This document shows positions 32,290 through 47,767 of a DNA stretch of 64,000 bases, piece by piece. The stretch's first letter is position 1; each line of letters begins with the position of its first letter. This stretch comes from Desulfuromonadales bacterium (GTDB taxonomy: Bacteria > Desulfobacterota > Desulfuromonadia > Desulfuromonadales > SZUA-540): the NCBI GenBank assembly GCA_033549025.1, contig JAWSUS010000003.1:120413-184412 (forward strand). Direction: 5' to 3'. A program made the position numbers and the translations under genes. The notes below the pieces were generated by a model that worked only from the letters and a program-made list of their open reading frames with translations, was not told where the DNA came from and made no database searches.

Positions 32290-33114
32290 CTATTTAGTAC
32301 GACGCCGGACGATGAATCGATCGGTCCGCTTGTTGACTCGGGTCTTGTACCCTTTGGTCGGAATGCCCCAGGGTGTTACAGGATGCCGGCCACCGGAGGA
32401 CTTACCTTCACCACCACCATGCGGGTGATCAACAGGGTTCATGGCAACGCCACGGGACTGGGGACGCTTGCCAAGCCAGCGATTTCGTCCTGCTTTCCCC
32501 ACCTTAACGTTTTCGTGATCCTGGTTCCCAACCTGACCGATGGTTGCGCAGCATTCCTGCAGGACGAGGCGAACCTCGCCAGAAGGAAGTCGAAGCTGGG
32601 AATACTTGCCTTCTTTGGCTGCAATCATGGCGTAGGTGCCGGCGCTACGGGCCAACTGGCCACCCTTGCCCACCTTCAGTTCAACATTGTGAACCCAAGT
32701 GCCTAGGGGAATGGCGCGGATAGGCATGGCGTTACCAGGCTTAATGTCAGCTTTTTCGCTCGCAACCACAACGTCACCAACACTAAGACCGACAGGAGCC
32801 AAGATGTAACGTTTTTCGCCATCGGCATAGTTAAGCAGGGCAATGCGGGCCGTCCGGTTCGGATCATATTCGACAGAAACGATTTTGGCCGGCACTTCTT
32901 TTTTGTCCCGCTTAAAATCAATGATCCTGTATTTACGCTTGTGCCCACCACCCGTGTGACGCTTGGTGATCCGGCCATTATTGTTACGTCCTCCGGTGCG
33001 CTTCAGCGGTGCCAGAAGTGACTTCTCAGGAGTCGAGGTGGTGATCTCCTCATAAGTCGAAGATGTCATATTGCGACGACCGGGTGAGGTCGGTTTATAC
33101 TTTTTGATCGCCAT
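32290..33114 (-). CDS. rplB: 50S ribosomal protein L2
   Basis: 274 aa with [14 protein letters not shown] and [15 protein letters not shown]. Confidence 0.97.
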   Translation of the reverse strand: MAIKKYKPTSPGRRNMTSSTYEEITTSTPEKSLLAPLKRTGGRNNNGRITKRHTGGGHKRKYRIIDFKRDKKEVPAKIVSVEYDPNRTARIALLNYADGEKRYILAPVGLSVGDVVVASEKADIKPGNAMPIRAIPLGTWVHNVELKVGKGGQLARSAGTYAMIAAKEGKYSQLRLPSGEVRLVLQECCATIGQVGNQDHENVKVGKAGRNRWLGKRPQSRGVAMNPVDHPHGGGEGKSSGGRHPVTPWGIPTKGYKTRVNKRTDRFIVRRRTK

Positions 33115-33147
33115 TATGGTTACTCCGTATCGCTAGATTACTTGCCG

Positions 33148-33432
33148 TTAGACCCCGAAGAAATCGATGGTGCCTTCAGCCAGGGTGACGTAAGCTTTTT
33201 TGGTATTGGACCGTTTTCCGAAATTGCGACCGACCCTCTTAACTTTCCCGCGAGTCAGAGCGGTATTCACGTCCTTAACCTTGACGCTGAAAGCCTTTTC
33301 AACGGCTTGCTTGATTTCAATCTTGTTGGCATTCAGTGCTACTTCAAAAGCAACCACCTGGCCCACTTCTTTCTGCAGGCTGGTCTTCTCGGTAACCAGC
33401 GGTCTCTTAATAATCTGATGCAACGGTTTCAT
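33148..33432 (-). CDS. rplW: 50S ribosomal protein L23
   Basis: 94 aa starting [18 protein letters not shown]. Confidence 0.95.
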   Translation of the reverse strand: MKPLHQIIKRPLVTEKTSLQKEVGQVVAFEVALNANKIEIKQAVEKAFSVKVKDVNTALTRGKVKRVGRNFGKRSNTKKAYVTLAEGTIDFFGV

Positions 33433-34052
33433 CAGGCCAACGCTCCTTCCAGTTGAGACACGGCGCCCTCAGTCATCACGAGGTTCGGATACTTCATGAC
33501 GTCGTAAACGTTTACACCCTCGGCCTTAAGAACCTTTACAAAAGGAAGGTTTCTGGCAGACAACTCAACTTGGGGGTTTTCACCCTCAATGACAACCAGC
33601 ACCTTTTGAAGATCGAAGCGACCAAGAAATTCAGCAAAGGACTTGGTGCTGATTTTCCCGAGGTCAATCGTGTTGAGAACGGTCAGCTTGCTATCCTGAA
33701 AGCGCACCGAAAGAGCGCTCTTCAGGGCTGCTTTTTTAACCTTACGATTGAGCTTGAAATTGTAATCGCGAGGATTAGGCCCGAAAGCCGCCCCACCACC
33801 CACATAGTGAGGTGCGCGGATACACCCTTGACGGGCGTTACCAGTACCCTTCTGCTTATAGGGCTTTTTCCCGCCGCCAGCAACTTCACTACGGGTCTTG
33901 CTGGCAGAGGTTCCCTGCCGACGGGCAGCGAGTTGATAGCGAACCATGTCGTGAATCAGGTAGGATCTGACTTCGGCATTAAACACCGCGTCTGAAATTT
34001 CCTTTTCAGCCACCTGGTTTTTATTTATGTCATATACAGCGATTTTAGCCAT
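33432..34052 (-). CDS. rplD: 50S ribosomal protein L4
   Basis: 206 aa with [18 protein letters not shown]. Confidence 0.96.
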   Translation of the reverse strand: MAKIAVYDINKNQVAEKEISDAVFNAEVRSYLIHDMVRYQLAARRQGTSASKTRSEVAGGGKKPYKQKGTGNARQGCIRAPHYVGGGAAFGPNPRDYNFKLNRKVKKAALKSALSVRFQDSKLTVLNTIDLGKISTKSFAEFLGRFDLQKVLVVIEGENPQVELSARNLPFVKVLKAEGVNVYDVMKYPNLVMTEGAVSQLEGALA

Positions 34053-34082
34053 GGAGTTTCTCCCAAATCATATATCTAGAGG

Positions 34083-34721
34083 CTACTTTTTAGCCTTAAG
34101 GCCTTTGCGGATCTCCACCACAGCGTTTTTTGGCCCAGGGATGGCACCTTTAACCAAAATAAGGTTCTGATCGGGGCGGACATCAACAATCTGTAGATTC
34201 TGGGTGGTTACCTTTTTATTGCCCATCTGCCCAGCCATCTTTTTACCCTTGAACACCCTGGAGGGCCAAGCGCTGGCGCCGATAGACCCTGGAGCACGGT
34301 GGAACATGGATCCGTGCGTAGCCCTACCGCCGGAAAAGTTCCAGCGCTTTATAACACCCTGGAATCCCTTACCTTTGCTCGTTCCAGTAACATCGACGAT
34401 ATCACCGGCAGCAAAGATTGCCTGGCAAGTTATCTCATCGCCCACGTTATATTCATCCACGCTGTCAGCGCGAAACTCGCGAAGTGTACCGAAGGCACCC
34501 TTGCCTGCTTTTTTGAAATGTCCAAGCTCGGGCTTACTGACGCGGTGGATCTTCTTAACACCGTAGCCGACCTGCACAGCGTTATACCCGTCCGTCTCAA
34601 CGGTCTTCTTCTGAAGAACCACACAGGGACCGGCTTCAACAACCGTAACAGGAATTCTTCTGCCATCGATGGCGAAGACCTGGGTCATCCCCAACTTCTT
34701 TCCCAAGATTCCATTTATCAT
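34083..34721 (-). CDS. rplC: 50S ribosomal protein L3
   Basis: 212 aa with [16 protein letters not shown] and [18 protein letters not shown]. Confidence 0.97.
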   Translation of the reverse strand: MINGILGKKLGMTQVFAIDGRRIPVTVVEAGPCVVLQKKTVETDGYNAVQVGYGVKKIHRVSKPELGHFKKAGKGAFGTLREFRADSVDEYNVGDEITCQAIFAAGDIVDVTGTSKGKGFQGVIKRWNFSGGRATHGSMFHRAPGSIGASAWPSRVFKGKKMAGQMGNKKVTTQNLQIVDVRPDQNLILVKGAIPGPKNAVVEIRKGLKAKK

Positions 34722-34754
34722 CGGACCTACCCTTACCTAATATGAAGATTAATC

Positions 34755-35063
34755 TTAAAGCTTAATTTCGACATCAACCCCGGCAGAGAGATCAAGCTTC
34801 ATCAAGGCGTCCACGGTCTGCTGGGTCGGTTCGAGAATATCCAGTAAACGCTTGTGCGTGCGCATCTCGAACTGCTCACGGCTTTTCTTGTCAACGTGGG
34901 GACCACGAAGAACAGTGTACTTGTTAATTACCGTCGGCAGAGGAATGGGGCCGGCAATCCGGGCTCCTGTACGCTTGGCGGTATCCACGATTTCGTTCAC
35001 AGACTGATCAAGAAGCTTATGATCATAAGCCTTCAAACGGATTCTAATTTTCTGGCTCGGCAT
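34755..35063 (-). CDS. rpsJ: 30S ribosomal protein S10
   Basis: 102 aa starting [21 protein letters not shown]. It starts only 15 nt after the tuf stop. Confidence 0.97.
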   Translation of the reverse strand: MPSQKIRIRLKAYDHKLLDQSVNEIVDTAKRTGARIAGPIPLPTVINKYTVLRGPHVDKKSREQFEMRTHKRLLDILEPTQQTVDALMKLDLSAGVDVEIKL

Positions 35064-35078
35064 GACTCTATTCCTCTA

Positions 35079-36269
<1,191 letters not shown>

Positions 36270-36289
36270 AACTAAACCCTCCTCGGCAA

Positions 36290-38374
36290 TTAGCCCTTAA
36301 CCTTGGCAATTACCTCGTCGGAAATCGCCTTGGGGACCTGCTCATAGTGGTCAAAAACCATGGTGTAAGTAGCGCGACCCTGAGTGGCACTGCGCAAATC
36401 GGTGGCATACCCGAACATATTGGCCAAAGGTACCTGAGAATTGATAACCTGGGCAGCGCCACGCGCCTCCATTCCCATAATCCGGCCACGACGGCTATTC
36501 AGGTCGCCGATGACATCTCCCATATACTCTTCGGGTACGACGACTTCAACCGCCATGATGGGCTCAAGCAGAACAGGACCAGCTTTTGCTGCCCCCTCTT
36601 TAAAGCCCATCGAACCCGCGATCTTAAAGGCCATCTCGGAAGAGTCGACATCATGATAGGAACCGTCGAAGCAGGTGACCTTGACATCAACAATGGGGAA
36701 GCCAGCGATAACGCCGTTCTGAGCGGCCTCTTCAGCCCCCTTGCCGACAGCAGGGATGTATTCCTTGGGAATAACGCCACCCTTAATAGCATCGACATAC
36801 TCAAAACCAGCACCGGGCTCCTGCGGTTCAATGCGCAACCAACAGTCACCATACTGACCACGGCCACCGGACTGGCGCACAAACTTACCCTGAACCTCGA
36901 CAGTTTTGGTGACCGACTCGCGGTAGGCCACCTGAGGAGCACCCACATTGGCGGCAACCTTGAATTCACGCATCATGCGGTCAATGATAATCTCAAGGTG
37001 GAGTTCACCCATACCGGAAAGTATGGTCTGCCCCGTCTCCTCATCCGTGTGAACACGAAGCGAAGGATCTTCCTGAACCAGCTTGCCAATAGCGATGCCC
37101 ATCTTTTCCTGGTCTGCCTTGGTTTTTGGCTCAACAGCAATACTGATAACCGGCTCAGGGAACTCCATGGCCTCAAGAAGACAAGCGTCTTTCTCGGAGC
37201 ACAGGGTATCGCCCGTCGTCGTATACTTCAGACCGACAGCGGCAGCAATGTCACCAGAGTAAATTTCTTTGATTTCCTCACGCTTATTGGCATGCATCTT
37301 CAATATGCGGCCAATACGCTCTTTCTTATCCTTGGTGGAGTTGTAAACACTCGAACCGGACTCAAGGACACCAGAGTAAACCCGGAAGAAGGTCAACTGC
37401 CCGACAAAGGGGTCCGTCATGATTTTAAACGCGAGAGCGGCAAAAGGCCCACTGTCATCCGCAGGTCGGGTGATCTCGGCCTGAGTGTCAGGATCGACAC
37501 CCTTAATAGGAGGCACGTCTGTCGGAGAAGGCATGTAGTCGACGACTGCATCAAGAAGGTTCTGAACACCCTTGTTCTTGAAGGAAGACCCACACAGAAC
37601 GGGATTGATAGCCAAAGCCATTGTCGCCTTGCGAATACCCGCCTTGAGCTCCTTATTGGAGATCTCCTCGCCGCCGAGGTATTTATCCATCAAGACATCG
37701 TCATGAGAACAAACTTCCTCAACAAGCTTTTCACGGGCCTCCTGAACCTCATCGACCATCTCGGCCGGAATCTCGATGACATCGTATTTCGCCCCAAGAG
37801 ACTCATCGTCCCAAACAATGGCACGCATCTCAACGAGATCGACAACGCCCTTGAAGTAATCTTCTTTACCAATGGGAAGCTGAATAGGGATAGGATTGGC
37901 GCCAAGACGGTCACGCATCATGCTTACGCCGCGCCCGAAATCAGCGCCGATACGGTCCATCTTGTTGACGAAGGCCATCCGAGGAACGCCATACTTGTCA
38001 GCCTGACGCCAGACAGTCTCAGACTGAGGCTCAACGCCACCAACCGAGCAGAAAACGGCGATAGCGCCATCGAGCACGCGCAAAGAGCGCTCTACTTCGA
38101 TGGTAAAGTCAACATGCCCAGGAGTGTCTATGATATTGATACGGTGTTCGCCCCAAAAACAGGTCGTAGCAGCAGAGGTGATGGTAATACCACGCTCCTG
38201 CTCCTGCTCCATCCAGTCCATGGTGGCAGCGCCGTCATGGACCTCACCAATTTTATGGGAAACACCAGTGTAGAACAGAATACGTTCGGTCGTCGTAGTC
38301 TTGCCGGCATCGATATGTGCCATAATGCCGATATTACGCGTTTTTGCGAGTGATACTTTTCGTGCCACTGTCAT
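36290..38374 (-). CDS. fusA: elongation factor G
   Basis: 694 aa with [20 protein letters not shown] and DTPGHVDF. Confidence 0.98.
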   Translation of the reverse strand: MTVARKVSLAKTRNIGIMAHIDAGKTTTTERILFYTGVSHKIGEVHDGAATMDWMEQEQERGITITSAATTCFWGEHRINIIDTPGHVDFTIEVERSLRVLDGAIAVFCSVGGVEPQSETVWRQADKYGVPRMAFVNKMDRIGADFGRGVSMMRDRLGANPIPIQLPIGKEDYFKGVVDLVEMRAIVWDDESLGAKYDVIEIPAEMVDEVQEAREKLVEEVCSHDDVLMDKYLGGEEISNKELKAGIRKATMALAINPVLCGSSFKNKGVQNLLDAVVDYMPSPTDVPPIKGVDPDTQAEITRPADDSGPFAALAFKIMTDPFVGQLTFFRVYSGVLESGSSVYNSTKDKKERIGRILKMHANKREEIKEIYSGDIAAAVGLKYTTTGDTLCSEKDACLLEAMEFPEPVISIAVEPKTKADQEKMGIAIGKLVQEDPSLRVHTDEETGQTILSGMGELHLEIIIDRMMREFKVAANVGAPQVAYRESVTKTVEVQGKFVRQSGGRGQYGDCWLRIEPQEPGAGFEYVDAIKGGVIPKEYIPAVGKGAEEAAQNGVIAGFPIVDVKVTCFDGSYHDVDSSEMAFKIAGSMGFKEGAAKAGPVLLEPIMAVEVVVPEEYMGDVIGDLNSRRGRIMGMEARGAAQVINSQVPLANMFGYATDLRSATQGRATYTMVFDHYEQVPKAISDEVIAKVKG

Positions 38375-38404
38375 TGATCCTTTCAGGGTCCTGCGATCGC
38401 CAGC

Positions 38405-38875
38405 CTACCAGCGGTAGTGAGCAAAGGCCTTGTTCGCTTCAGCCATACGGTGGGTATCCTCTTTCTTCTTCACAGAAGCACCGCGATTATTGGCGGCATC
38501 AAGAAGCTCCCCAGCCAAACGCTCTTCCATCGTCTTCTCGCCACGAGCGCGGGAATAGGTCATAATCCAGCGCATCGCCAGAGCACTACGACGGTCCGCA
38601 CGAACCTCGACAGGAACCTGGTAAGTCGAGCCACCAACACGACGGGACTTAACTTCCACAACCGGACGAACATTCTCCATAGCCTTCTTGAAGACATCCA
38701 AAGGCTCGTCATCGACCCGGGAGGAGATCAGATCAAAGGCACCATAGACAATACTCTCAGCGGTGCTCTTCTTACCGTCCAGCATAAGAAAGTTAACAAA
38801 CTTCGCCACCAGACGATCACCATATTTAGGATCGGGGAGAATAACCCGCTTAGCAACTTCTCTTCTTCTCGGCAT
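38405..38875 (-). CDS. rpsG: 30S ribosomal protein S7
   Basis: 156 aa starting [20 protein letters not shown]. Confidence 0.97.
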   Translation of the reverse strand: MPRRREVAKRVILPDPKYGDRLVAKFVNFLMLDGKKSTAESIVYGAFDLISSRVDDEPLDVFKKAMENVRPVVEVKSRRVGGSTYQVPVEVRADRRSALAMRWIMTYSRARGEKTMEERLAGELLDAANNRGASVKKKEDTHRMAEANKAFAHYRW

Positions 38876-38897
38876 AGCTTCCTCTCAGCCTTCTACT

Positions 38898-39269
38898 TTA
38901 TTTAGGGCGCTTGGCACCGTATTTAGAACGACCCTGCTTACGATTCTTTACACCGGCAAGGTCCAGGGTACCACGGACGATATGATAACGAACGCCAGGC
39001 AAATCCTTGACGCGGCCGCCACGAATCAAAACCACAGAGTGTTCCTGCAGATTATGGCCCACCCCGGGAATGTAAGAGGTCACTACGACACCGTTGGTGA
39101 GACGCACACGTGCCACCTTACGAAGAGCGGAGTTCGGCTTCTTCGGAGTCGTGGTATAGACGCGGGTACACACTCCACGCTTCTGAGGATTACTCTTAAG
39201 CGCAGGCGCGGTAGATTTTCTTTCTTTTTTTTCGCGTCCATTGCGGATCAACTGATTAATAGTCGGCAT
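38898..39269 (-). CDS. rpsL: 30S ribosomal protein S12
   Basis: 123 aa with [15 protein letters not shown] and [16 protein letters not shown]. Confidence 0.98.
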   Translation of the reverse strand: MPTINQLIRNGREKKERKSTAPALKSNPQKRGVCTRVYTTTPKKPNSALRKVARVRLTNGVVVTSYIPGVGHNLQEHSVVLIRGGRVKDLPGVRYHIVRGTLDLAGVKNRKQGRSKYGAKRPK

Positions 39270-39341
39270 CTACATACTCCCGATAAACGTATTCTCAATG
39301 TTGAAAGAACAAAAGATTTACAACAGGGGAAAAACCCGCAA

Positions 39342-39370
39342 ACATTATCAATCGGCCTCAACTTTGTCAA
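39342..39370 (-). promoter_or_regulatory. putative sigma70 promoter of the rpsL-led super-operon
   Basis: Minus strand TTGACA (39370-39365), 17-nt spacer, TAATGT (39347-39342), about 70 nt upstream of the rpsL ATG. Confidence 0.5.
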
Positions 39371-39380
39371 GGCATTTTTT

Positions 39381-39410
39381 AGGCCACTGCTAAAAAAGAC
39401 ACAGTGGCCT
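39381..39410 (-). terminator. hairpin after rpoC (possible terminator or processing site)
   Basis: 9-bp stem AGGCCACTG/CAGTGGCCT with a 12-nt loop, 24 nt after the rpoC stop. No U-tract follows on the minus strand, so intrinsic termination is uncertain. Confidence 0.35.
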
Positions 39411-39433
39411 AATTGCAACGTATTTTCAAACAG

Positions 39434-42400
39434 TTATTCGACAGAGATATCTTCACTCTCTTCGACAACATCGTCGTCGATGTCTTCCTCGTAGACCTCC
39501 GGCACCTCTTCAGGCTCCTCAATATTGAGTTTGGCGCTGCGGTACTTGGAAATCCCGGTGCCAGCAGGGATCAACCGTCCCATGATGACGTTTTCCTTGA
39601 GGCCACGCAGGAAGTCAACCTTGCCCTCGATAGCCGCCTGAGTCAAGACCTTGGTGGTCTCCTGGAAGGAGGCCGCGGAAATAAAGGACTCGGTCGACAA
39701 GGAGGCTTTGGTAATACCCAGCATCAGGGGCTCACCGACGGCCGGCTGACCGTCTTCAGCCATAACCCGCTGGTTTTCCTGTTCAAACTCCCACCGCTCT
39801 ACTTGATCATCGAGCAGGAATCGCGTATCGCCGACCTCTTTGATGCGAACCCGGCGCAGCATCTGGCGCACGATCGTTTCGATATGCTTGTCATTGATCT
39901 TAACGCCCTGGAGTCGATAGACTTCCTGTACCTCGTCTACGAGATACTTGGCCAGTTCCTTTTCGCCCAGAACACGGAGGATATCGTGAGGGTTGCTGGA
40001 ACCATCCATCAAAGCCTCGCCAGCCTTGACAGAATCCCCTTCATGGACGCTGATATGTTTCCCTTTGGGAATCAGATACTCCTTGGGCTCCCCAATCTCG
40101 GGGGTGACAATGACCTTCCGTTTGCCCTTGGAATCCTTGCCATAGGAAACCACGCCGTCAATTTCGGAAATAACGGCAAACTCCTTGGGTTTACGGGCCT
40201 CGAAGAGCTCAGCGACACGGGGCAGACCGCCGGTGATGTCTTTGGTTTTGGTGGTTTCCCGCGGAATTTTGGCCAGAATATCGCCGGCGCCGACAACTGC
40301 GTCTTCGGCCACGACAATGTTGGCACCGACAGGCAGCATGTAGCGGGCAGCCGCCCCATTGGGCAACTTGACCGTCTTGCCATCCTCGTCCTTGAGGGTG
40401 ATGCGAGGACGACGGTCTGCCGCCTTCGATTCGATGATAACCTTACGGGACAGACCCGTAACATCATCGAGCTGCTCTTCCATGGTTAGGCCTTCGACGA
40501 CATCACCGAAGCGGATTCGACCGGAGCCTTCCGTGAGGATCGGCATGGTGTAGGGGTCCCACTCAGCCACCAGGTCACCTGCCTTGATGGCGCCATCAGG
40601 ACCGACACGCAGCTTGGCACCATAGACAACACCATAGCGTTCCCGCTCGCGCCCGGTTTCATCGATAACCGCAACCTCGCCGTTTCGATTCATGACAACA
40701 TGGAAGCCGGCGCTGTCTACAACCGTGTTCAGGTTGATGTACCGAAGCGTTCCGTCAAAACGGGCCTCAAGAGAGGTCTGCTCAGCCCGACGGGAGGCGG
40801 TACCACCGATGTGGAAAGTACGCATGGTCAGCTGCGTGCCTGGCTCACCAATGGATTGGGCGGCAATAACTCCGACAGCCTCACCCAAGTTGACCATATG
40901 TCCGCGAGCCAGGTCGCGACCATAACAGGTCGCGCAGATGCCTCGGCGGCTCTGGCAGGTCAACACGGACCTTATTTTAAGTTTCTCTATACCCGCATTC
41001 TCGATTTTGGTCACCAGGGTCTCATCGATTTCCTGATTCGCCTCCACAAGAATGTCACCCGTTACCGGATCCAGGACGTCTTCAAGGGCGGCGCGGCCGA
41101 GAATCCTGTCGCCGAGAGGCTCAATGACCTCGCCCCCCTCGGTGAGGGAAGATACGAGAATGCCATCGAGAGTGCCGCAATCCTGCTCGGTGATGATGGC
41201 ATCCTGCGCGACGTCGACCAAGCGACGCGTGAGGTAACCGGAGTTAGCCGTTTTCAGCGCGGTATCAGCCAGACCTTTACGGGCACCGTGGGTCGAAATG
41301 AAGTACTGAAGAACGGTCAGACCTTCACGGAAGTTGGCGGTAATCGGCGTTTCGATAATTTCGCCGGAAGGCTTGGCCATAAGTCCGCGCATACCGGCCA
41401 GCTGGCGAATCTGCTGAGCACTGCCTCGGGCCCCCGAATCAGCCATCATATGGATGGCATTGAAGGAAGGAATCTTCACCTGTTCACCAGACTCCGGGTC
41501 CGTCAGCACATCAACGGAGAGGTTGCCCAGCATGATACCGGCGATATCCTCCGTACATTTGGCCCAGATATCGATAACCTTGTTGTAGCGCTCGCCATCG
41601 GTGATCAGACCTTCAGTATACTGGTTCTGGATTTCGGTAACTTCCTGAACCGCCTTGTCGATATGGTCCTGCTTGGCGGCCGGGATAACCATGTCGTCGA
41701 GACAGATGGAAATACCGGCAATGGTTGAAAATCGGTAACCTGTGTCTTTGAGACGGTCAGCAAGAATGACGGTTTCCTTCGGCCCCGCCAGACGGAAGGC
41801 CGTGTCGATCAGCTCGGCTACCTGTTTTTTGGTCATGGTCCGGTTGATGTGCTCGAAGGGAATGGAAGCCGGAACAATCTCGCGGAGCAGCACCCGCCCT
41901 ACCGTCGTATCGACCAAAGCGGACTCACGCCCTTCCCCGGTCACCATGCGCACCTTGATCTTCGCCTGCAGATCAGCTTCGCCGGCGTCATAGGCGATGC
42001 GCACCTCTTCAGGAGAGAAGAAGATTTTGCTGTCACCTTTTACAAAAGCCCGCTCACGCGTCATGTAATAGAGACCGAGAATCATGTCCTGCGAAGGCAC
42101 AATGATGGGTTTGCCATTGGCCGGGGACAGGATATTGTTGGTCGACATCATCAGTACGCGCGCCTCAATCTGGCTCTCGATGGAAAGAGGCAGATGCACG
42201 GCCATCTGGTCACCGTCAAAGTCGGCGTTAAAAGCGGTACAGACCAAAGGATGCAGCTGGATGGCCTTACCTTCAATGAGAACCGGTTCAAAGGCCTGAA
42301 TACCGAGACGGTGCAGCGTCGGGGCGCGGTTGAGCATGACCGGGTGTTCGCGAATGACTTCGTCGAGAACATCCCAGACCTCGGGCTTTTCCTTCTCGAC

Positions 42401-43600
42401 CAGCTTTTTGGCACTCTTGATCGTGGTGCAGTAGCCCCGTTCTTCAAGCTTGTTGTAGATAAAGGGCTTGAACAACTCCAGAGCCATCTTCTTGGGAAGA
42501 CCACACTGGTGGAGCTTGAGCTCAGGACCGACGACGATAACGGAACGGCCGGAATAGTCGACACGCTTACCCAGCAGATTCTGGCGGAAGCGGCCACCCT
42601 TTCCTTTGAGCATGTCCGAAAGAGACTTCAGGGGACGCTTGTTGGGGCCAGTGATGGCGCGGCCGCGTCGGCCGTTATCAAAAAGCGCATCCACCGACTC
42701 TTGCAGCATCCTCTTTTCGTTGCGGATGATGACCTCGGGGGCCCGAAGTTCAATCAGACGCTTAAGGCGATTATTCCGGTTGATTACCCGGCGGTAGAGA
42801 TCATTGAGGTCCGACGTCGCAAAGCGTCCTCCGTCAAGAGGAACCAGCGGACGCAGTTCCGGGGGCAGAACCGGGATAGCTTCGAGAATCATCCACTCGG
42901 GTCGGTTCCCGCTGACCTTGAAGGCTTCTACAACCTTCAGACGCTTGGCGACCTTTTTGCGTTTGGCTTCACTGGCGGCCTCGCGCATCTCGACGCGTAG
43001 AGATTGGGACAATTCGTCGAGTTCAATCGTGGTCAGCAGTTCCCTGACCGCTTCGGCACCCATGGCGGCCGTAAACTGACCGGCAAACTCGTCCATCAGT
43101 TCACGATACTTGTCTTCGCTCAGGATCTGGCCGACAGCGAGAGTGGTATCCCCCTTATCCAGAACAACATAGGCCTCAAAATAGAGGATTCGCTCAACCT
43201 CTTTAAGAGTAAGGTCGAGCAAAGTCGCAATACGCGAAGGCAGCGACTTGAGGAACCAGATGTGAGCCACCGGACAAGCCAGATCGATGTGACCGAGACG
43301 TTCCCGGCGCACCTTGCTGGGAATGACCTCTACGCCACATTTTTCGCAGACAATGCCGCGATGTTTCATCCGCTTATACTTACCGCAGTTACACTCGTAG
43401 TCCTTCGTCGGACCGAAGATTTTGGCGCAGAAGAGGCCATCGCGCTCCGGCTTGAAGGTGCGGTAGTTAATGGTTTCCGGTTTTTTGACCTCACCAAAGG
43501 ACCGCTCACGGATCTTGTCCGGCGACGCCAGTGAAAGACGGATCGAGTTAAAATTGAGGGGATCCTTCGGTCGCTCAAAAAAGCTGAAAATATCGTCCAA
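39434..43600 (-). CDS. rpoC: DNA-directed RNA polymerase subunit beta'
   Basis: 1388 aa with an N-terminal zinc Cys cluster ([20 protein letters not shown]) and the catalytic NADFDGDQM motif. Confidence 0.98.
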   Translation of the reverse strand: MDDIFSFFERPKDPLNFNSIRLSLASPDKIRERSFGEVKKPETINYRTFKPERDGLFCAKIFGPTKDYECNCGKYKRMKHRGIVCEKCGVEVIPSKVRRERLGHIDLACPVAHIWFLKSLPSRIATLLDLTLKEVERILYFEAYVVLDKGDTTLAVGQILSEDKYRELMDEFAGQFTAAMGAEAVRELLTTIELDELSQSLRVEMREAASEAKRKKVAKRLKVVEAFKVSGNRPEWMILEAIPVLPPELRPLVPLDGGRFATSDLNDLYRRVINRNNRLKRLIELRAPEVIIRNEKRMLQESVDALFDNGRRGRAITGPNKRPLKSLSDMLKGKGGRFRQNLLGKRVDYSGRSVIVVGPELKLHQCGLPKKMALELFKPFIYNKLEERGYCTTIKSAKKLVEKEKPEVWDVLDEVIREHPVMLNRAPTLHRLGIQAFEPVLIEGKAIQLHPLVCTAFNADFDGDQMAVHLPLSIESQIEARVLMMSTNNILSPANGKPIIVPSQDMILGLYYMTRERAFVKGDSKIFFSPEEVRIAYDAGEADLQAKIKVRMVTGEGRESALVDTTVGRVLLREIVPASIPFEHINRTMTKKQVAELIDTAFRLAGPKETVILADRLKDTGYRFSTIAGISICLDDMVIPAAKQDHIDKAVQEVTEIQNQYTEGLITDGERYNKVIDIWAKCTEDIAGIMLGNLSVDVLTDPESGEQVKIPSFNAIHMMADSGARGSAQQIRQLAGMRGLMAKPSGEIIETPITANFREGLTVLQYFISTHGARKGLADTALKTANSGYLTRRLVDVAQDAIITEQDCGTLDGILVSSLTEGGEVIEPLGDRILGRAALEDVLDPVTGDILVEANQEIDETLVTKIENAGIEKLKIRSVLTCQSRRGICATCYGRDLARGHMVNLGEAVGVIAAQSIGEPGTQLTMRTFHIGGTASRRAEQTSLEARFDGTLRYINLNTVVDSAGFHVVMNRNGEVAVIDETGRERERYGVVYGAKLRVGPDGAIKAGDLVAEWDPYTMPILTEGSGRIRFGDVVEGLTMEEQLDDVTGLSRKVIIESKAADRRPRITLKDEDGKTVKLPNGAAARYMLPVGANIVVAEDAVVGAGDILAKIPRETTKTKDITGGLPRVAELFEARKPKEFAVISEIDGVVSYGKDSKGKRKVIVTPEIGEPKEYLIPKGKHISVHEGDSVKAGEALMDGSSNPHDILRVLGEKELAKYLVDEVQEVYRLQGVKINDKHIETIVRQMLRRVRIKEVGDTRFLLDDQVERWEFEQENQRVMAEDGQPAVGEPLMLGITKASLSTESFISAASFQETTKVLTQAAIEGKVDFLRGLKENVIMGRLIPAGTGISKYRSAKLNIEEPEEVPEVYEEDIDDDVVEESEDISVE

Positions 43601-43627
43601 AGCACATCCTCCTTATAGGATGGTGGT

Positions 43628-46600
43628 TTATTCTTCTTCCTCTTCGAGGAGTTCCACATCGAGGCACAGAGACTGCAGTTCCTTGATGAGCACGTTGAAG
43701 GATTCGGGCAGTCCGGCCTCCAGTGTGTGCTTCCCTTTGACTATGGCTTCGTACATCCGGGTCCTTCCCGCCACATCGTCCGATTTGACGGTGAGGAATT
43801 CCTGCAGGGCATGAGCGGCCCCGTAAGCCTCAAGAGCCCACACCTCCATCTCACCGAGTCGCTGGCCACCGAACTGGGCTTTTCCGCCCAGCGGCTGCTG
43901 CGTAACCAGGCTGTAGGGACCGATGGAACGAGCGTGAATCTTGTCATCGACCAGGTGATGAAGCTTGAGCATGTACATGATGCCCACGGTAACCTTCTCG
44001 AGGAACGGTTCGCCGGTCTTGCCATTGTACAAGGTCATCTGACCGGAACTGGAGAAGCCAGCCCGCTCGATTTCCCCTTTGATCTGCTCTTCGTTCACCC
44101 CTTCAAAGACGGGCGACGCCATGGGAACCCCCTTGGAAAGGCGGCGAGCCAGGGCCATCAGATCGTCTTCATCAAGACCGTCGATAAACGAATCAAGCTC
44201 CTTGTTGCCATAGATGGACTTGATCTTCTCGCGGATCTTTTCCGGGCTGAACTGGTTGTCAATAACCTCCTGGATACGCATCCCCAGGCCACGTGCGCCC
44301 AAACCGAGATGGATCTCCAGAATCTGCCCGATGTTCATACGGGAAGGAACACCCAGAGGATTGAGAACGATCTCAACCGGGGTGCCGTCTTCCATGTAGG
44401 GCATATCCTCCTCAGGGAGTATCCGAGACAGTACCCCCTTGTTGCCGTGACGGCCGGCCATCTTGTCACCGACGGAAAGCTTGCGTTTGATGGCGATATA
44501 CACTTTGACCATCTTGATGACGCCGGGGGGCAGATCATCGCCACGCTTGAGCTTTTCGATCTTGTCGGAAAAAACGCCGCGGATCAATTCCTCGCGTTCA
44601 TGGAGGTGAGCCAGCACAGTAGCCACTTTATCCTCAACTTCCGGGGCGTTGGCGAGAGAGATCTCCTGCCAGCGCTTGAGGGGCACAGCGGAAAGCAGTT
44701 CTTCCGTCAGCTTCTGTCCCTTGGGCAGCAAAGTCTTGCCCGTTTCGTCGACAATGGCGACGGCCGAAGTCTGTTGCGCCAGCAGGGAAAGCATTTTCCC
44801 GCGGGCTGACTCCCGGATAATGCGGATTTCGTCGTTCTGATCTTTGAGCAGCTTGTCGATTTCAGTCTTTTCGATGTGCTCGGTGCGGGTATCTTTATCG
44901 ATCCCTTTGCGGGAAAAGACACGAGCCCCGATAACCACCCCTTCGACACCGGGCGGTACACGCAGGGAGGTGTCGCGAACATCCCCGGCCTTTTCGCCAA
45001 AAATCGCCCTGAGCAGTTTTTCTTCCGGCGAAAGCTGGGTTTCTCCTTTCGGCGTGATTTTACCTACGAGGATATCTCCAGGTTTGACCTCAGCGCCAAT
45101 ACGGATGATGCCGCTCTCGTCGAGATCCGCGAGGGCATCTTCGCCCAAGTTGGGAATATCGTCAGTGATCTCTTCTTTGCCGAGCTTGGTGTCGCGGGCG
45201 ACGCATTCGAACTCCTCAATATGGATGGAGGTATAGCGATCCTCCTTGACCAGCTTTTCGGAGATAAGGATGGAGTCCTCGAAGTTGTAGCCTTCCCATG
45301 GCATGAAGGCGACCAGGACGTTCTGCCCCAGGGCCAGCTCGCCCCATTCGGTGGAGGGTCCATCGGCGATGATCTCGCCGCGCCGCACCCTGTCCCCTAC
45401 TTTGACGATAGGTTTCTGGTTAAGACAGGTGTTCTGGTTGGAGCGCAGGAACTTGATGAGCGTGTAAATATCCACGCCGGTTCCTGACTCATCCAACTCG
45501 CCTTCGTCAATCTTGACGACGATGCGCGCCGCGTCGACACTCTCGACCACACCGTTGTGCCGCGCCACGACTGCTGCACCCGAGTCATGGGCGACAATGC
45601 GCTCCATCCCCGTCCCGACCAGTGGCGCGTCGGCACGAAGCAGGGGCACAGCCTGTCGCTGCATGTTGGAGCCCATCAGGGCGCGGTTGGCGTCGTCGTT
45701 TTCAAGGAAGGGGATAAGCGCCGCGGCCACGGAGACCAGCTGCTTGGGCGAAACGTCCATCAGCTCGATCTCTTCGCGGTTCATTAGCATAAACTCGCCG
45801 TTTTTCCGGGCGTTGACCAACTCGTTGACAAAGGTGTTGTCCTCGTTCAACGGCGCATTGGCCTGCGCAATGGCGTGGCCTTCCTCTTCCAAGGCCGAAA
45901 AGTATTTGATTTCAGTTGTTACTTTACCCGCAGACACCAGGCGATAGGGTGTCTCGACGAACCCGTGCTCGTTGATGCGCGCATAGGTCGAAAGCGAGGC
46001 GATCAGACCGATATTCGGTCCTTCCGGGGTTTCAATAGGACAAACCCGGCCGTAATGGGTCGGATGAACGTCACGGACTTCGAAGCCGGCCCTCTCTCGA
46101 GTCAAACCACCGGGTCCAAGCGCGGAAAGGCGTCGCTTGTGGGTAATTTCGGAGAGCGGATTGGTCTGGTCCATGAACTGAGACAGCTGTGATGAGCCGA
46201 AAAACTCCTTCACAACGGCCGAAACCGGTTTGGAGTTGATCAGATCATGAGGCATGAGGCTGTCGATCTCTTGCAGACTCATGCGCTCCTTGATGGCCCT
46301 TTCCATACGGACGAGACCAACGCGGTACTGGTTCTCAAGGAGTTCGCCAACGGCGCGGACGCGTCGGTTACCGAGATGATCGATGTCGTCGATCGCCCCT
46401 TTACCGTTTCGCAGATCGATCAGGTAGCGCACCACCTCCAAAATATCTTCTTTGGTCAGGGTGGTCAGGTCCAGAGGGGACTTCAGCCCCAGCTTATAGT
46501 TGAGCTTGAGACGACCAACTACCGAAAGATCATAGCGCTCTGAATTGAAGAAGAGGCTGTCGAACAGGGCAGTGGCACTACGGATCGTCGGCGGATCCCC

Positions 46601-47737
46601 GGGACGGAGACGCCGGTATATCTCGATTTTGGCGTCATCGGGCGTAGCCACTTTGTCAAGCTGCAGGGTTTCACGCAGATAGGGTCCGACAAAGAGGTTA
46701 TCTATAAAGAGCACCTTGAACTCGGTGATCCCTCTGGACAACAGCTCTTCGAGCTTGCCTTCGGTGATCTCCTCGTTGCATTCGACGACAATCTCACCCG
46801 TGGCCGTATCGACAATATCCGAAGAGGCGACCTTACCAACCACATCCTCCTTGAGGATGGAAATCGCTTCGATGCCCTTATCCGCCAGTTTGCGAATGGC
46901 CGCTTTGGTAAATTTGCGGTTGGCCTTAACCAGAACCTCGCCATCGGGCGCCACGATATCGCAGCTGGCCCTCTGGCCGGACAGCAGGTCAAGATTGACC
47001 TTTTTCTGATAGTTATCGCCATCGACCACGATGGTATCGACATCGTAGTAGTAATTGAGCAACTCTTCAGCCGTGTAGCCCAGGGCCTTCAGCAGAACGG
47101 TTGCAGGCAGTTTACGGCGACGGTCAATACGAACATAGAGAATATCTTTATGATCAAAGTCAAAGTCAAGCCAGGATCCACGATAGGGGATGACACGCGC
47201 ACTATAGAGGATTTTACCACTGGAGTGCGTCTTGCCCTTATCATGGTCGAAAAAGACACCGGGCGACCGGTGCAACTGGCTGACAATAACCCTTTCAGTC
47301 CCATTAATAATAAAGGTACCGTTTTCGGTCATCAGCGGGATTTCACCGAAATAGACCTCTTGCTCCTTGATGTCGCGGATGGACTGGACACCCGAGTCCT
47401 TATCGACATCCCAGGAAACAAGACGAACGCGTACCTTTACCGGGGCGGCAAAAGTCATACCCCGTTGGTGGCACTCATCAACGTCGTACTTGGGAGTTCC
47501 CAGTGAATAGGCTACGTATTCAAGTGAGCTGGTTTCATTAAAGTCCCGAATAGGAAATACGGAACGGAAGACGGCTTCCAGGCCGACGTTCTGCCGGGCC
47601 GAAGGAGGTAGCTCCGCCTGAAGAAAACGCTTGTAGGAAGTCTTCTGGATATCAATGAGGTTGGGTATGTCGATGATCCTCTTGATCTCGGCAAAATGTT
47701 TCCTCAGAAGCTGGTTATTCGCGATCGAATAAGCCAT
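43628..47737 (-). CDS. rpoB: DNA-directed RNA polymerase subunit beta
   Basis: The ORF track extends to 47773. ATG at 47737 is preceded by AAAGGAGAAATC and gives 1369 aa starting [15 protein letters not shown]. Confidence 0.98.
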   Translation of the reverse strand: MAYSIANNQLLRKHFAEIKRIIDIPNLIDIQKTSYKRFLQAELPPSARQNVGLEAVFRSVFPIRDFNETSSLEYVAYSLGTPKYDVDECHQRGMTFAAPVKVRVRLVSWDVDKDSGVQSIRDIKEQEVYFGEIPLMTENGTFIINGTERVIVSQLHRSPGVFFDHDKGKTHSSGKILYSARVIPYRGSWLDFDFDHKDILYVRIDRRRKLPATVLLKALGYTAEELLNYYYDVDTIVVDGDNYQKKVNLDLLSGQRASCDIVAPDGEVLVKANRKFTKAAIRKLADKGIEAISILKEDVVGKVASSDIVDTATGEIVVECNEEITEGKLEELLSRGITEFKVLFIDNLFVGPYLRETLQLDKVATPDDAKIEIYRRLRPGDPPTIRSATALFDSLFFNSERYDLSVVGRLKLNYKLGLKSPLDLTTLTKEDILEVVRYLIDLRNGKGAIDDIDHLGNRRVRAVGELLENQYRVGLVRMERAIKERMSLQEIDSLMPHDLINSKPVSAVVKEFFGSSQLSQFMDQTNPLSEITHKRRLSALGPGGLTRERAGFEVRDVHPTHYGRVCPIETPEGPNIGLIASLSTYARINEHGFVETPYRLVSAGKVTTEIKYFSALEEEGHAIAQANAPLNEDNTFVNELVNARKNGEFMLMNREEIELMDVSPKQLVSVAAALIPFLENDDANRALMGSNMQRQAVPLLRADAPLVGTGMERIVAHDSGAAVVARHNGVVESVDAARIVVKIDEGELDESGTGVDIYTLIKFLRSNQNTCLNQKPIVKVGDRVRRGEIIADGPSTEWGELALGQNVLVAFMPWEGYNFEDSILISEKLVKEDRYTSIHIEEFECVARDTKLGKEEITDDIPNLGEDALADLDESGIIRIGAEVKPGDILVGKITPKGETQLSPEEKLLRAIFGEKAGDVRDTSLRVPPGVEGVVIGARVFSRKGIDKDTRTEHIEKTEIDKLLKDQNDEIRIIRESARGKMLSLLAQQTSAVAIVDETGKTLLPKGQKLTEELLSAVPLKRWQEISLANAPEVEDKVATVLAHLHEREELIRGVFSDKIEKLKRGDDLPPGVIKMVKVYIAIKRKLSVGDKMAGRHGNKGVLSRILPEEDMPYMEDGTPVEIVLNPLGVPSRMNIGQILEIHLGLGARGLGMRIQEVIDNQFSPEKIREKIKSIYGNKELDSFIDGLDEDDLMALARRLSKGVPMASPVFEGVNEEQIKGEIERAGFSSSGQMTLYNGKTGEPFLEKVTVGIMYMLKLHHLVDDKIHARSIGPYSLVTQQPLGGKAQFGGQRLGEMEVWALEAYGAAHALQEFLTVKSDDVAGRTRMYEAIVKGKHTLEAGLPESFNVLIKELQSLCLDVELLEEEEE

Positions 47738-47767
47738 GATTTCTCCTTTAGGTAACGAAAGTAGAAT

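Noticed and set aside
36347-38353. 668-aa plus-strand ORF
   Set aside because: It is antisense to fusA, a shadow ORF. Other long plus-strand ORFs are rejected for the same reason: 13908..15236, 21601..22803, 28787..29953, 39413..40489, 40700..41728, 41849..43000, 43727..44809, 48999..50150, 56313..57548 and 57842..59026.
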